Origin: Candidatus Bathyarchaeia archaeon
Lineage (GTDB): Archaea; Thermoproteota; Bathyarchaeia; Bathyarchaeales; Bathycorpusculaceae
Length of the DNA stretch: 64,000 nt
Assembly: GCA_049512075.1 (NCBI GenBank)
Contig: JBEKXL010000002.1
Location: 1 to 64,000 of the forward strand
Reading direction: 5' to 3'
Positions 40,227-50,391 of the stretch are shown here, in pieces (the stretch's first letter is position 1; every line of letters begins with the position of its first letter). The notes below the pieces were generated by a model that saw only the letters and a program-made list of their open reading frames with translations, ran no database searches and had not been told where the DNA came from. The position numbers were made by a program, and so were the translations under genes.

Positions 40227-40934
40227 TTATGTTGCTTCGCTTTTCTTCAGAAGCTTCTCCATCTCTTTCTTGACACTGTACTTAAATGGAATCTTCTGAG
40301 TCTCCCTTTCCAAATATCCTCCTTCGTAAAGCTTTTTCATCAGTCTGGCCGTATGTTCCCGACTGAGTTTGACTCTTTCCTTGATTTCAGGCGCAGTCTT
40401 GGCACCCTCAGAAACTAGCAATTCCAGCACCGCTACTTCGGTGTCGGTCAACTGAGCCATGGCTTTTTCCCTCTTTAATGGTATTACACCTTCAAAATGC
40501 GTTTCAGGCGCTATCTTGAACTGGTTAGCCTGTTCCTCTAGAGTGGAGATCTTGGAGGTAATCGCCTCTTGTGATGCAACAAAATCAGATGTTCTCTTTT
40601 CAACCTCGATCAGGCGCGTGGAAATGCCTTTTCTGTCCTCTGAATCGGCGGCAACTTTGCTTTCGAGAGCCCTCATCATTCCGTCAAGTTCCTCTGATTT
40701 TCTCGTAGCACCCTCAGTCCTCGACGCGGCAGCTTCAATTTTGTATCCGAGAGCTTCCAGCTTGCTGGCTTCATGTTTGAGTTGCCTGTTAAAGCTCAAG
40801 ACTATGTCCTCAACGGCGCCTCTGGCCTTCTCATACTCTCTTTGCGCCCTGTGAAGCTGCCTATAGTATTCGACTGCCGCAACAATGGTCGTACCGAGTA
40901 GTATGCTCAGAAGGACAAGCAATGGATCCGGCAA
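40227..40934 (-). CDS. N-terminal TM anchor + coiled coil + C-terminal wHTH protein
   Basis: LLVLLSILLGTTIVAAV; heptad-rich middle; LTDTEVAVL...TAPEI...LSREHTARLMKKLYEGGYL. Confidence 0.82.
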   Translation of the reverse strand: MPDPLLVLLSILLGTTIVAAVEYYRQLHRAQREYEKARGAVEDIVLSFNRQLKHEASKLEALGYKIEAAASRTEGATRKSEELDGMMRALESKVAADSEDRKGISTRLIEVEKRTSDFVASQEAITSKISTLEEQANQFKIAPETHFEGVIPLKREKAMAQLTDTEVAVLELLVSEGAKTAPEIKERVKLSREHTARLMKKLYEGGYLERETQKIPFKYSVKKEMEKLLKKSEAT

Positions 40935-40946
40935 CTAGCACGCCTC

Positions 40947-41231
40947 TGTGATTGTTCTGTGATTGTTTGTGATTCACACATGTTGCGTCACACATCACAA
41001 GTTTACCATTCAGAATTTAAGGATTATGGTGATCACCATCAGACAGGGCCCTCATGACGTCACACGTCACAGTTTGGATGGTAAATGTTGGAGGATGTTG
41101 TGCTCTGCGTAGGTTGCTGTATAACTCGAATTTGCGGTCCTTTTCAGATTTGCGGCCTCGTATTGTGTCCTGTCTTATTAGATGTTGTATGACCTGCACA
41201 ACCGCGTTTGAAGGTGTGATTTGTGACGTCA
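40947..41231. promoter_or_regulatory. Cluster of TGTGA/TCACA motifs, including a phased ATCACA triad
   Basis: TGTGATT at 40947, 40958, 40968; TCACA at 40974, 40988, 40995, 41060, 41067; TGTGA at 41215, 41222. Confidence 0.65.
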
Positions 41232-41708
41232 CGAAACGGTTTCTGATGGACTTGAGAGCTGTTTTAGGCTTGATTCGAGCTGTTCTCTTATCATTTCTAT
41301 GACTTTTAGATGGTCGCCTAGCTCCTCGCCCTTGTTCGGGATGTCCTTGTAAGCCTCGAGGTACTCGTGAAGTTTGTTCGCGATTTCGAGGTAGGGGTCG
41401 AGAGTTGTGCTTTCGAAGACTCCTAAGTACCCTAGTAGTAGTACCGTGTAGATAGACTTTATGACGTTTTCTTTAGCCTGTCGTAGAGTCCTGTTAAAGG
41501 CGCCGCGGCTTATTTTAGCCTTCGTTAGTCTCAAGCTGGCCTTTTCGTCGTATTTTAGCGGTTTGCCCGCGATATTTTCGGATAGGATGTCTATTAGCAG
41601 TGTTTCAAGCTGGGTTTTTGTTAAATGGCTGTTCCTAGCGATGATTTTGACAATGGGGTCGTTTATGGAGCCTGTTAGCCAGGATTGTACGCTGTCTTTT
41701 AGCTTCAA
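41229..41708 (-). CDS. Origin-adjacent hypothetical protein, HTH-like
   Basis: LTKTQLETL...ISRGAFNRTLRQAK. Confidence 0.75.
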   Translation of the reverse strand: MKLKDSVQSWLTGSINDPIVKIIARNSHLTKTQLETLLIDILSENIAGKPLKYDEKASLRLTKAKISRGAFNRTLRQAKENVIKSIYTVLLLGYLGVFESTTLDPYLEIANKLHEYLEAYKDIPNKGEELGDHLKVIEMIREQLESSLKQLSSPSETVS

Positions 41709-41819
41709 AGTCTTACCTCTGGAACATTGCTAAATGGATACGCTTTTGTATACTGGGTGCGCTTTTAAAGGTGCCGCTTCCGACGAGTCTAAGGGTTCTT
41801 TTGGAGATGCAAGATTCTT

Positions 41820-43028
41820 ATGTTGGTCGACACAATGAGCATTGAGGAATGTGGATTGGTTTCGCATTGGGAGCCCGTGGAGCGCTTGAAATTGATAAAA
41901 ACCTCTGGAATACGGCGTTTCTCCGCTTTGGCTCAAGAAATGCCCGTATGCTTCAATTTGAGCGTAGGCGAGCCCGATTTTTGCGTTCCCACACACGCAT
42001 TGGATGGCGGTTGGCGAGCCGTCAAGGAAGGCAGAACGCACTATGCGCCGACAAATGGCGTTCCTGAATTGCGGGATGCGTTAGCGCAAAAGGCAAACCG
42101 CGATTATGGGCTCAATTATGACCCAAATTGTGAGGTTCTGGTTACGGTGGGTGGGACACAGGCCATTTCCACAGCTCTGATGGGATTGTTGAACCCGGGC
42201 GACGAAGTGTTAATTCCTGATCCTGGGTTTGTCGTATATGAACCTGGTGTTTTGTTGGCGGGAGGGGTTCCTATTCATGTCCCCTTGCGTGAAGACAACG
42301 ATTTCAGGCCTTCTATGAATGATGTGACGTCACTCATCACGGACAGGTCACGTGTGATGATACTGAATTACCCGAATAATCCTACGGGCTCGGTTCTTTC
42401 CTATGATGAAGTCGCTGCGCTGTCGAAAATTGCTGTCGACTGTGACTTGGTTGTGATATCAGATGAAGTGTACGAAAAAATGGTTTACGACGGGGTGAAG
42501 CACTACTGCCTCGCAACGTTTCCTGGGATGCGTGAACGCACCTTGGTTATCAACTCTTTTTCGAAGACGTATGCCATGACTGGTCTTCGAGTTGGATGCG
42601 TGTACGGTCCGAGAGACCTTGTTTCGCCCCTTTGGCTGGTGAATCAATATACCGTTGCGTGTGTAGACACTTTTTCGCAATACGTTGCTTTGGCCGCGTT
42701 GAAAGGGCCGCAGGAGTGCGTCGAAGAAATGGTGAGGGAATTCGATAGAAGGCGTCACCTTGTCCATAAGAGGCTCAATGAAATCGAAGGTTTCAGGTGC
42801 CAGCTTCCTAAAGGTGCTTTCTACGCTTTTCCAAACATTAGAGGTTCAGGTCTCTCTTCGGAGCAGCTTGCAGAATTGCTCGTGAAAGAAGCTAGTGTTC
42901 TAACGGTTCCGGGCTCCTCTTTCGGTGCCTGCGGTGAAGGCTATCTCAGGTTGTCTTACGCCTCTGCCTATAAAGACCTGGAAGAGGCATTGGACAGGAT
43001 GGAAATGGCCCTTAGAAAACTTGGATAA
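41820..43028 (+). CDS. Class I PLP aminotransferase (AspC-like)
   Basis: GEPDF, NYPNNPTG, SDEVY, SFSKTYAMTGLRVG. Confidence 0.93.
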   Translation: MLVDTMSIEECGLVSHWEPVERLKLIKTSGIRRFSALAQEMPVCFNLSVGEPDFCVPTHALDGGWRAVKEGRTHYAPTNGVPELRDALAQKANRDYGLNYDPNCEVLVTVGGTQAISTALMGLLNPGDEVLIPDPGFVVYEPGVLLAGGVPIHVPLREDNDFRPSMNDVTSLITDRSRVMILNYPNNPTGSVLSYDEVAALSKIAVDCDLVVISDEVYEKMVYDGVKHYCLATFPGMRERTLVINSFSKTYAMTGLRVGCVYGPRDLVSPLWLVNQYTVACVDTFSQYVALAALKGPQECVEEMVREFDRRRHLVHKRLNEIEGFRCQLPKGAFYAFPNIRGSGLSSEQLAELLVKEASVLTVPGSSFGACGEGYLRLSYASAYKDLEEALDRMEMALRKLG

Positions 43029-43035
43029 GCTTTTG

Positions 43036-43869
43036 CTAGAGTTCTTCTGCGCTTTTCTTCAATTGTTCAAACAGCTCTGGCCTAAGGTCTCTTAGTGTGG
43101 GGACGAAGGCTTCGATGGCCCTTATGTCAGGATAGTTAACCTCACCCATGACAAAGTCATCCTCGTCGTACTTGGCTTGAACAAGAATTCTGCCGCTGGG
43201 CCCCACAAGCCTGCTGCCTCCCCAGAACTGCAGTCCGTCTTGAATTCCAGCTAGGTTCACGAATGCTAGGAAAGCCGTGTTTTCAATTGCCCTGGCCACC
43301 GTGAGCACTTCGAAGAACGATCGCCTGACTCCTGGTGAAGCAGAAATGCAGACGATCAACTCGGCCCCCTTGAGACGCGTTAGTCGAGTTACTTCCGGGA
43401 AATATATGTCATAGCATATGATGAGGCCCAGTTTTCCAAGCTCAGTGTCAAACACTGCCGTTTGATAGCCGGGGCGGAAGTATCTTTTCTCTTCAAAAAT
43501 GCTGTGTGTTGGAAGGTACATCTTGTGATATTTTCCGATAAAGCCTTCTGGGCCTATGAGAACGGCACTATTGTGGAGCGTGGCTTCTGTCTTGTCGCTT
43601 ATCTCTGGCATGCCAAAAACAAGGTGAATTTGGTTCTTCTTCGCCACATCTTCCATTATTTTTGTTGATGGGCCGGGTATTCTCTCTGCCAACTCGTAAA
43701 TCTCATCTCTGACAACATAGCCCGTAAGTGAAAGCTCCGGGAAAATAACCAGTTCTGCTCCCTGCTTCTTGGCCCTTGCCACGGTTTTCCTGATTTTCGT
43801 CAGGTTTTCTGCTTTGTCTGCTTGCTGGCAGCTTATCTGGGCGAGTGCGATCTTGAATACTTCCTTCAT
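43036..43869 (-). CDS. Carbon-nitrogen hydrolase (nitrilase superfamily)
   Basis: FPEL, YHKMYL, ICYDIYFPE (E-K-C triad). Confidence 0.92.
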   Translation of the reverse strand: MKEVFKIALAQISCQQADKAENLTKIRKTVARAKKQGAELVIFPELSLTGYVVRDEIYELAERIPGPSTKIMEDVAKKNQIHLVFGMPEISDKTEATLHNSAVLIGPEGFIGKYHKMYLPTHSIFEEKRYFRPGYQTAVFDTELGKLGLIICYDIYFPEVTRLTRLKGAELIVCISASPGVRRSFFEVLTVARAIENTAFLAFVNLAGIQDGLQFWGGSRLVGPSGRILVQAKYDEDDFVMGEVNYPDIRAIEAFVPTLRDLRPELFEQLKKSAEEL

Positions 43870-43884
43870 ATGTTATCCTCTCGT

Positions 43885-44727
43885 CTAAGGCGGATTTCGC
43901 TGGAGCCTAAAATCGGCTCCAACCGTTCGATATTGAAGCTTTGCCGTTAATAACATTCGCCTCTTATGTTCTGCGGATAGCCATTTACACTTGATCTCGT
44001 CGATTAAATGCTTCTCCATATGCAGCTGAGCTGCTATCTCCTCAGGTCTCATGAAACGTTCTAGTCCGAAAAGAATGAGGTCGAGTTGCTCGTATTTTAT
44101 GCCGAGCTCATTCTCTGCAAGTTGACCTGGCCATAAGGCTGGAGAAGACGGTTTCTCAACTATCGCCTCGGGAACCCCGATGTATTGAGCCAGTTTTCGG
44201 ACCTGTGTCTTGTACAAATCCATTATCGGCGAAATGTCGGCTGCAACATCTCCCCACTTGGTGAAGTAGCCCATCATCGTTTCCGACTTATCCGAGCTTC
44301 CACAGACGATTAAATGTAACCTGTTGGCGTAGTAGTATACGTAAATCATGCGCGTTCTCGCTTTTGCGTTGCCTTTGTTCAGCTTGTCGGTCCGGTCGAA
44401 GATAGGCGTTGAACGGTAGAAGGCTTCTAACGTAGGTGTGATGTCAACCGTTTCTGTTTTGAACCCAAACTCTTTAGCGACAAGCTCCGCATGTCTGACA
44501 TCTTCGGTTCTACGCGTCTCCTTCTCGAACAGCAAGAGCCCCAGAACGTTGTGGCCGCCCAGAGCTCGTGTCGAGAGGGCCGCTATGGTGCAACTGTCAA
44601 TGCCGCCTGAGAGTCCTAAAACCACGCCTTTGGCTTTGGATCTTTCAACATAATCTTTGATGAAACGGCAAACCCTTCTATCCACTTCTGGCCAGTCTAG
44701 GTTTAGAGCCTGAGCCGTCAGCTTCAA
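43885..44727 (-). CDS. nadE: NAD+ synthetase
   Basis: GLSGGIDS, NAKARTRM, GYFTKWGD, PSSPALW; TTG start at 44727. Confidence 0.93.
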   Translation of the reverse strand: MKLTAQALNLDWPEVDRRVCRFIKDYVERSKAKGVVLGLSGGIDSCTIAALSTRALGGHNVLGLLLFEKETRRTEDVRHAELVAKEFGFKTETVDITPTLEAFYRSTPIFDRTDKLNKGNAKARTRMIYVYYYANRLHLIVCGSSDKSETMMGYFTKWGDVAADISPIMDLYKTQVRKLAQYIGVPEAIVEKPSSPALWPGQLAENELGIKYEQLDLILFGLERFMRPEEIAAQLHMEKHLIDEIKCKWLSAEHKRRMLLTAKLQYRTVGADFRLQRNPP

Positions 44728-44823
44728 GCGGTGCACCTTCAACGTGTATGGTTGTAGGCAACTATTTAAGGACAAACGTAAATATGGGAGTAATAATATC
44801 GGGCTGAGCAGAAGGATCTGATG

Positions 44824-45090
44824 ATGGGAAGAAGAAGGAAAAAGGTCGTTCGCATTCCCAAGAAGCATTTGCCGAAACTCTTTTCTTGTCCCCGATGCGG
44901 GAAGGAATCTATCAGAGTCGAGATAATTCGGGACCAGGGACGTGCAATCGTGGCTTGTGGCAGTTGTGGTCTCAAGGATGAGTTTCCGGTCAAACCCGCG
45001 CAGGGCGAGATTGACGTTTACTGCATGTTTACTGACAAGGTTTACGGGGGTTCACGAACACCCTCTGCACCGGCGATTAAAGGTGCTTGA
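44824..45090 (+). CDS. elf1: Transcription elongation factor Elf1
   Basis: MGRRRKK...F.CPRCG...CGSCG...IDVYC.F.D. Confidence 0.88.
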   Translation: MGRRRKKVVRIPKKHLPKLFSCPRCGKESIRVEIIRDQGRAIVACGSCGLKDEFPVKPAQGEIDVYCMFTDKVYGGSRTPSAPAIKGA

Positions 45091-45857
45091 TGAGGCCTGC
45101 TGATATGTTGGGAAATGTTGAGAAATACCTCCTTGACAAAATCGAGTCCGAAGGCTCAATACACATAACCCTCATAGATCCTGAAGAGGTAACTCCTCCT
45201 CAGGCTTCCAGAATCGTGAACAAGGCAAAACTGAGCGACACGTCGGCAATAATGATTGGCGGTTCAACGTTCGTTTCCTCAGCGCATCTTGATGACGTGG
45301 TCAAGGCTGTAAAACGCACCGTAAAGATACCGATAATCCTCTTTCCGAACAACGTGACGGGCATAAGCCGTTACGCCGATGCCATATGGTTCATGTCTCT
45401 CTTAAACTCTGTCGATCCATATTTCCTGATGGGAGCCCAAATTCTGGGTGCACCACTCGTCAAAAAGTTCGGTATAGAACCCATTCCCCTCGGATACCTG
45501 ATCGCCGGCGAAGGCGGTACGGCAGGCGTCGTGGGCAAGGCAATTCCAATCCCTTACAACAAGCCTGAACTCGCCGCGGCACATGCACTGGCTGGGCAGT
45601 ACCTCGGAATGCGCTTCATCTACTTGGAAGCTGGATCAGGAGCGAAGAACCCTGTTCCCCCCGACATGATTCGAGTTGTAAGACATTACGTTGACATTCC
45701 GACGATTGTGGGCGGAGGCATCAGATCGCGAGAACAAGCGCTAGCCGCCGCCTCGGCAGGCGCGGATATCATAGTCACGGGAAACGTCGTAGAAGAATCC
45801 GGCATGAGACGCCGAGTTTCAGAGATTATCGAGGGCATAAAACGCGGCAGAGCGTGA
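45087..45857 (+). CDS. Geranylgeranylglyceryl phosphate synthase
   Basis: LIDPE, IMIGGS, YLEAGSGA, VGGGIR. Confidence 0.93.
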   Translation: MMRPADMLGNVEKYLLDKIESEGSIHITLIDPEEVTPPQASRIVNKAKLSDTSAIMIGGSTFVSSAHLDDVVKAVKRTVKIPIILFPNNVTGISRYADAIWFMSLLNSVDPYFLMGAQILGAPLVKKFGIEPIPLGYLIAGEGGTAGVVGKAIPIPYNKPELAAAHALAGQYLGMRFIYLEAGSGAKNPVPPDMIRVVRHYVDIPTIVGGGIRSREQALAAASAGADIIVTGNVVEESGMRRRVSEIIEGIKRGRA

Positions 45858-46174
45858 AAAGCCCTTTGACGGCTTTTGAAAACTACTTTAACGCTTTGAA
45901 AAAGCTTTGCGACGATCCGATATATGAAATATGGCCGGATTTTGAACCGCAGTACGATGAGCATGAATACTCATGGACAACGTTGCGAGGCTTAGGCGAG
46001 GTTTTGCTGTTGAATTGCGGTGTGTGCGACGGTCCGTCTGATATGAGGCATGCTCTGTGCAAAGATTGTGCCGAGACGAGAGGCAAACTCGCGAAAGAGG
46101 CATACCAAGAAGCCACTGGGCGTCCGAAGGAAAAATGGGTCACACTGTTTTTGTGTAGAATCCACACGGAATAG
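45854..46174 (+). CDS. Hypothetical Cys-rich protein
   Basis: Overlaps the upstream stop; CGVCDGP...CKDC. Confidence 0.65.
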   Translation: MKSPLTAFENYFNALKKLCDDPIYEIWPDFEPQYDEHEYSWTTLRGLGEVLLLNCGVCDGPSDMRHALCKDCAETRGKLAKEAYQEATGRPKEKWVTLFLCRIHTE

Positions 46175-46263
46175 ACCTCTCTAGACAGTTGCTTTTTGAC
46201 TTTTTTCTGTAGGAAAACAGAAATAGGCTTCTTTCAAACAGAAAGGTCTGCGAGGGGGAGAAC

Positions 46264-49200
46264 GTGGACGGGCAGATGAGCGAAGGTTACAAACAGTACG
46301 TAGAGTCATTGGAAGCCAAGCTTGAGCAGCTTTATGCAATCAGCAATGAGGCAAGACGAAAAGGACTCGATCCCTCGTTGAAGACCGAGTGCATAATTGC
46401 CAAGGACTTGGCCGATCTCGTGGAGGGACTTGTAGGGCCAAAAGGCGTTGCCCAGAGCATTCGGGATCTAAGCTCCAAGCTTCCTCGAGAGGAACTTGCC
46501 TTCAAAGTTACTGAAGAGATAATTTACGGCAAGTTTGGGCATTTGGAAGCCGAAGCCGCCGCTGAACAAGCCATACGAACGGCTCTGGCAATCTTCACGG
46601 AGGGACTGACCGCTGCTCCAATCCAGGGTGTAGCAAAAGTAAGCATCAAGACGAACAGCGATCATACGCGTTATCTTGCCATTTACTTCGCCGGGCCCAT
46701 ACGGTCAGCCGGCGGGACTGATCAGGCCTTGACGCTGGTCGTGGGAGACTTCGTTCGAAAGCAGCTGGGACTTGACCGTTACAAGCCGACTGAAGAGGAG
46801 ATATCAAGGTTCATTGAGGAACTGAGAGTCTACGAGCGGTCCGTGGCAGGTTTCCAATATCACATTCCAGACGATGAGCTGCGGAAAGCGCTGCAGTGGA
46901 TTCCCGTGGAAGTAACCGGCACCGAATCTGACCCTATTGAAGTTTCTTCTTACAGAAATCTTCCGCGCATAGAGACGAATCGTGTCAGGGGGGGAGCTCT
47001 CAGAGTCGTGAACGACGGCATTGTCGGAAGGGCTCAGAAGGTTCTGAACATTATTGGAAAGCTTGGTTTCCAAGGATGGGATTGGCTCCAAGAGCTTCAC
47101 GTCAAATCCGAAAAAAAATCTGCAGGTTTCATGGATGATGTTATCGCAGGCAGACCAGTATTCTCATTCCCATCTAGACGCGGCGGTTTCCGTTTGAGGT
47201 ATGGCAGGTCACGAAACACTGGGCTAACTGCCGTTGGTATAAGCCCGACAACAATGCTTGTGCTGCAAGGGTTTCTGGCGGCAGGAACCCAATTGAGGAT
47301 GGAGCTTCCTGGAAAAGGAGGAATCGCCATTCCAGTCGATGTATTGGAGGGCCCAGTGGTTCGTCTGAACGATGGATCTGTTTACCGAGTCACCAATGAA
47401 AGCTTCGGCGGGGTGAAAGACAAGATTGAGAAGATACTGTTCTTGGGCGACATCCTCATCAGTGTTGGAGATTTCCTATACAGTAGCAGACTGCTGGAGC
47501 CCTCGGGGTATGTTGAAGAATGGTGGGCTGAAGATGTCCAAAAAGCGATTATGGAAAAATACAGTGGAAACCTGGAAGACGCAGGCAAAGCCGCGAAAAT
47601 CCCTGCGGAGAAACTGAAGACTTTCCTAGAGGATCCGTTCACCAACAAGCCTGACATCGCAGAGGCCGTAGCCCTTGCATTCACTTTGAACGTGCCTCTG
47701 CATCCGGCTTTCACCTTCTTTTGGTCGAACCTCACCTCGGTTGACGACATCACATTGTTAAGAAAGTGGCTTCTCAGCTCCGAAGTCCAGACTGAAGATG
47801 GCGTTGTCTGCAGGATAACTGGAGACACAGACCCGACCGTCAAACATGCTTTAGAATTGATATACCTGCCCCACAGAGTGTCCGCCGGCAAGATCACCCT
47901 CGCTGATGAAGATGCACAAGCGCTTGCGCTTTGCTTAGGTTACACGTCTTCGTGCAGCATAGACCTGTCCTCGGCCAAATCCGTTCTGCAAGCGATTTGC
48001 ACGCTTTCAAGCGTCAAAATACGGGATAAGGCTCCAACCTTCGTAGGGGCTAGAATGGGAAGGCCGGAGAAAGCAAAGAGAAGGGAGATGAAACCGCTCG
48101 TTCATGTTCTCTTTCCGGTGGGTCTAGCGGGAGGCTCACAGCGAGACCTGGTTGAAGCTGCAAAACGGGCGCCAACGTTCGTGGAAGTCGTCAGGCGTAA
48201 GTGTCCCAACTGCAAGACCTTCGCCTTTCGCATCAAGTGCCCTGTCTGCGGAACAGAGACTATCCCCGAGAAAAGTTGCCCCAGATGCGGAAAGAGTCTG
48301 AGGGAAAATGAATGTCCAGTGTGCAAGGTTCCTGCCAAGCAGTTTCAGAAGCAGGTTATTAACTTCAAGGAATCGCTTGAAAGTACGTGTGGCTGCTTAG
48401 GCGTTTCGATGCCGAAGATCCTTAAGGGCGTCAAGGGTCTTACGAATGAGACGAAGACACCAGAGATACTTGAGAAGGGAGTACTGCGAGCAAAACACGA
48501 TCTGTCGGTCTACAAGGATGGGACAATCAGGTTCGATGCCACCAATGCACCGCTAACGCATTTCAAGCCTGGCGAAATCGGAGTTCCTGTTGAGAAGCTC
48601 AGGCAGATGGGATACACTTGCGACATTTTTGGCGCAAACTTGACGGATGAGAATCAAGTTTGCGAGTTGAAAATTCAGGACGTGGTTATTCCAATGACAG
48701 GTGCAGAATACTTTCTAGGAATAGCAAGCTTCATGGACGAACTCTTAACAAAGGTCTACGGACTCCCACATTACTACAACGTCAAACGTGAAGAGGACCT
48801 TGTGGGGCACGTCATCGTCGGTCTGGCCCCTCACACCTGCGTCGGCATCCTGGGACGTATCGTGGGCTTCACAAACCTAAGCGTCTGCTATGCTCATCCG
48901 GTTTGGCATTCTGCCAAGCGTAGGGACTGTGACGGCGACGAAGACACTCTGATGCTCGCGATGGACACTCTGCTCAACTTTTCACGCGAGTACCTGCCTG
49001 CCCAAATAGGCGGCATAATGGATGCTCCGTTGCTCCTGATTCCGGTTGTTAACACGAAAGAGGTGCAGAGACAGGCACACGACTTTGATGTTGCCCGCGC
49101 TTATCCACTCGAGTTCTACGAAAAAACATGGGAGAGAGTTGAGGCCAAACAGGTCAGTTCTCTCGTAGACCTTATCGGACATCGCCTCGGCACCGAGGCA

Positions 49201-49680
49201 CAGTTTGAGGGTTTCAACTACACAACTCCCGTGTCAAACATCAGCATGGGAAACCCCAGAAGCGCCTACAAACAGTTCAAAACGATGGTTGAAAAACTGA
49301 ACGGTCAACTTGAACTAGCAGATAAAATTGAGGCTGTAGACGCGAAGAAAGTGGCCTTGAAAGTCCTGACTAAACACTTCATGCGAGACATCGCTGGAAA
49401 CCTGCGGGCCTTCTCAACGCAAGGGTTCAGGTGCAAAGCGTGCAACAGGCACTTCCGACGCCTGCCGCTACGCGGCAAATGCCCCTCGTGCGGGGGACAA
49501 CTGAGTCTGACCGTCTACCGTGGCGGAATCGAGAAATACTTGGAAGCGGCTCAAAGCCTAGTTGATAGATACGATCTGCCCAAGTATTACACACAGAGAA
49601 TCGATCTCATTAAAGAAGAGATCAGAGCCCTGTTTGATAGCAAGAAACAAAAACAGATTTGTCTGACAGACTTTGCCTAA
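46264..49680 (+). CDS. polC: DNA polymerase D large subunit DP2
   Basis: AGPIRSAGGT, RMGRPEKA, KRRDCDGDED, C-terminal Zn finger and PIP-like KQICLTDFA. Confidence 0.97.
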   Translation: MDGQMSEGYKQYVESLEAKLEQLYAISNEARRKGLDPSLKTECIIAKDLADLVEGLVGPKGVAQSIRDLSSKLPREELAFKVTEEIIYGKFGHLEAEAAAEQAIRTALAIFTEGLTAAPIQGVAKVSIKTNSDHTRYLAIYFAGPIRSAGGTDQALTLVVGDFVRKQLGLDRYKPTEEEISRFIEELRVYERSVAGFQYHIPDDELRKALQWIPVEVTGTESDPIEVSSYRNLPRIETNRVRGGALRVVNDGIVGRAQKVLNIIGKLGFQGWDWLQELHVKSEKKSAGFMDDVIAGRPVFSFPSRRGGFRLRYGRSRNTGLTAVGISPTTMLVLQGFLAAGTQLRMELPGKGGIAIPVDVLEGPVVRLNDGSVYRVTNESFGGVKDKIEKILFLGDILISVGDFLYSSRLLEPSGYVEEWWAEDVQKAIMEKYSGNLEDAGKAAKIPAEKLKTFLEDPFTNKPDIAEAVALAFTLNVPLHPAFTFFWSNLTSVDDITLLRKWLLSSEVQTEDGVVCRITGDTDPTVKHALELIYLPHRVSAGKITLADEDAQALALCLGYTSSCSIDLSSAKSVLQAICTLSSVKIRDKAPTFVGARMGRPEKAKRREMKPLVHVLFPVGLAGGSQRDLVEAAKRAPTFVEVVRRKCPNCKTFAFRIKCPVCGTETIPEKSCPRCGKSLRENECPVCKVPAKQFQKQVINFKESLESTCGCLGVSMPKILKGVKGLTNETKTPEILEKGVLRAKHDLSVYKDGTIRFDATNAPLTHFKPGEIGVPVEKLRQMGYTCDIFGANLTDENQVCELKIQDVVIPMTGAEYFLGIASFMDELLTKVYGLPHYYNVKREEDLVGHVIVGLAPHTCVGILGRIVGFTNLSVCYAHPVWHSAKRRDCDGDEDTLMLAMDTLLNFSREYLPAQIGGIMDAPLLLIPVVNTKEVQRQAHDFDVARAYPLEFYEKTWERVEAKQVSSLVDLIGHRLGTEAQFEGFNYTTPVSNISMGNPRSAYKQFKTMVEKLNGQLELADKIEAVDAKKVALKVLTKHFMRDIAGNLRAFSTQGFRCKACNRHFRRLPLRGKCPSCGGQLSLTVYRGGIEKYLEAAQSLVDRYDLPKYYTQRIDLIKEEIRALFDSKKQKQICLTDFA

Positions 49681-49723
49681 CAAGACTTTTCTACGCAGAG
49701 GGATACATTATCTGTGAACAGGC

Positions 49724-49996
49724 ATGTTGAAGGAGATTTACCATCCGAACGCTTACTTGACGAACCTAAGGAACGTACGCCTCGGGCTTAGGGCTCGAAC
49801 CAAGATAATTAACGCTCTGGAAAGAGGTTCAGGCGATGCGAAAACGATTGCAAAAGAAACTGCGATGCACTATGGCGTCGCCATGCACCATTTGAAGCTT
49901 CTTCAATCAGAGGGGATTGTACGGCGCGTAGGCGGAAAAAACGCTGTTTGGACGCTTACGGGAGCGGGACAGAAACGCCTCGTGAACACGGGCTAG
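49724..49996 (+). CDS. Small winged-helix protein
   Basis: IAKET.MHY....HHLKLL..EGIV. Confidence 0.75.
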   Translation: MLKEIYHPNAYLTNLRNVRLGLRARTKIINALERGSGDAKTIAKETAMHYGVAMHHLKLLQSEGIVRRVGGKNAVWTLTGAGQKRLVNTG

Positions 49997-50280
49997 AATG
50001 TGCACGCGCATGGTGAACATCCGCACTTTGGACATTTATGGTTGTATTTTGCAACAGTGGCCCTCTCAAGATCCACCCCGGTAATGTTTGCAAGAGAAGC
50101 CAACCATGCGATAACATCAGCAAACTCTTTCTGCAACTCTTCTTTGTCGGTTCCGTTCAACGCTTCACCGAGTTCCTTAACTTCATCCACAAGCCAATCA
50201 TAGGTTCCGGCTACTCCACGCTCTGAGTCTCTGTGGAGGTACAGATTTCTCATCATCTCCTGAAACTCCCTAATGTGCAA
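49993..50280 (-). CDS. MazG-like nucleotide pyrophosphohydrolase
   Basis: EVKEL...EFADVIAWLASLAN; CPKC tail. Confidence 0.88.
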   Translation of the reverse strand: MHIREFQEMMRNLYLHRDSERGVAGTYDWLVDEVKELGEALNGTDKEELQKEFADVIAWLASLANITGVDLERATVAKYNHKCPKCGCSPCACTF

Positions 50281-50391
50281 GTCTCCACCTCCCCTCTCTA
50301 TCTAGGAAAAGACGGGCAAAACCAAAGATGATCGCTTCGGTTGGCAAACGGGGGAATGGCTGCGTGTGCACATTTGAAAGCGCCGCGACAC

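Noticed and set aside
44728-44868. N-terminal extension of nadE in the ORF track
   Set aside because: Overlaps the divergent elf1 start and promoter; TTG 44727 fits better.
46264-49680. Intein in DP2 (or Cdc6)
   Set aside because: Lengths are typical and no intein splice or LAGLIDADG motifs were seen.
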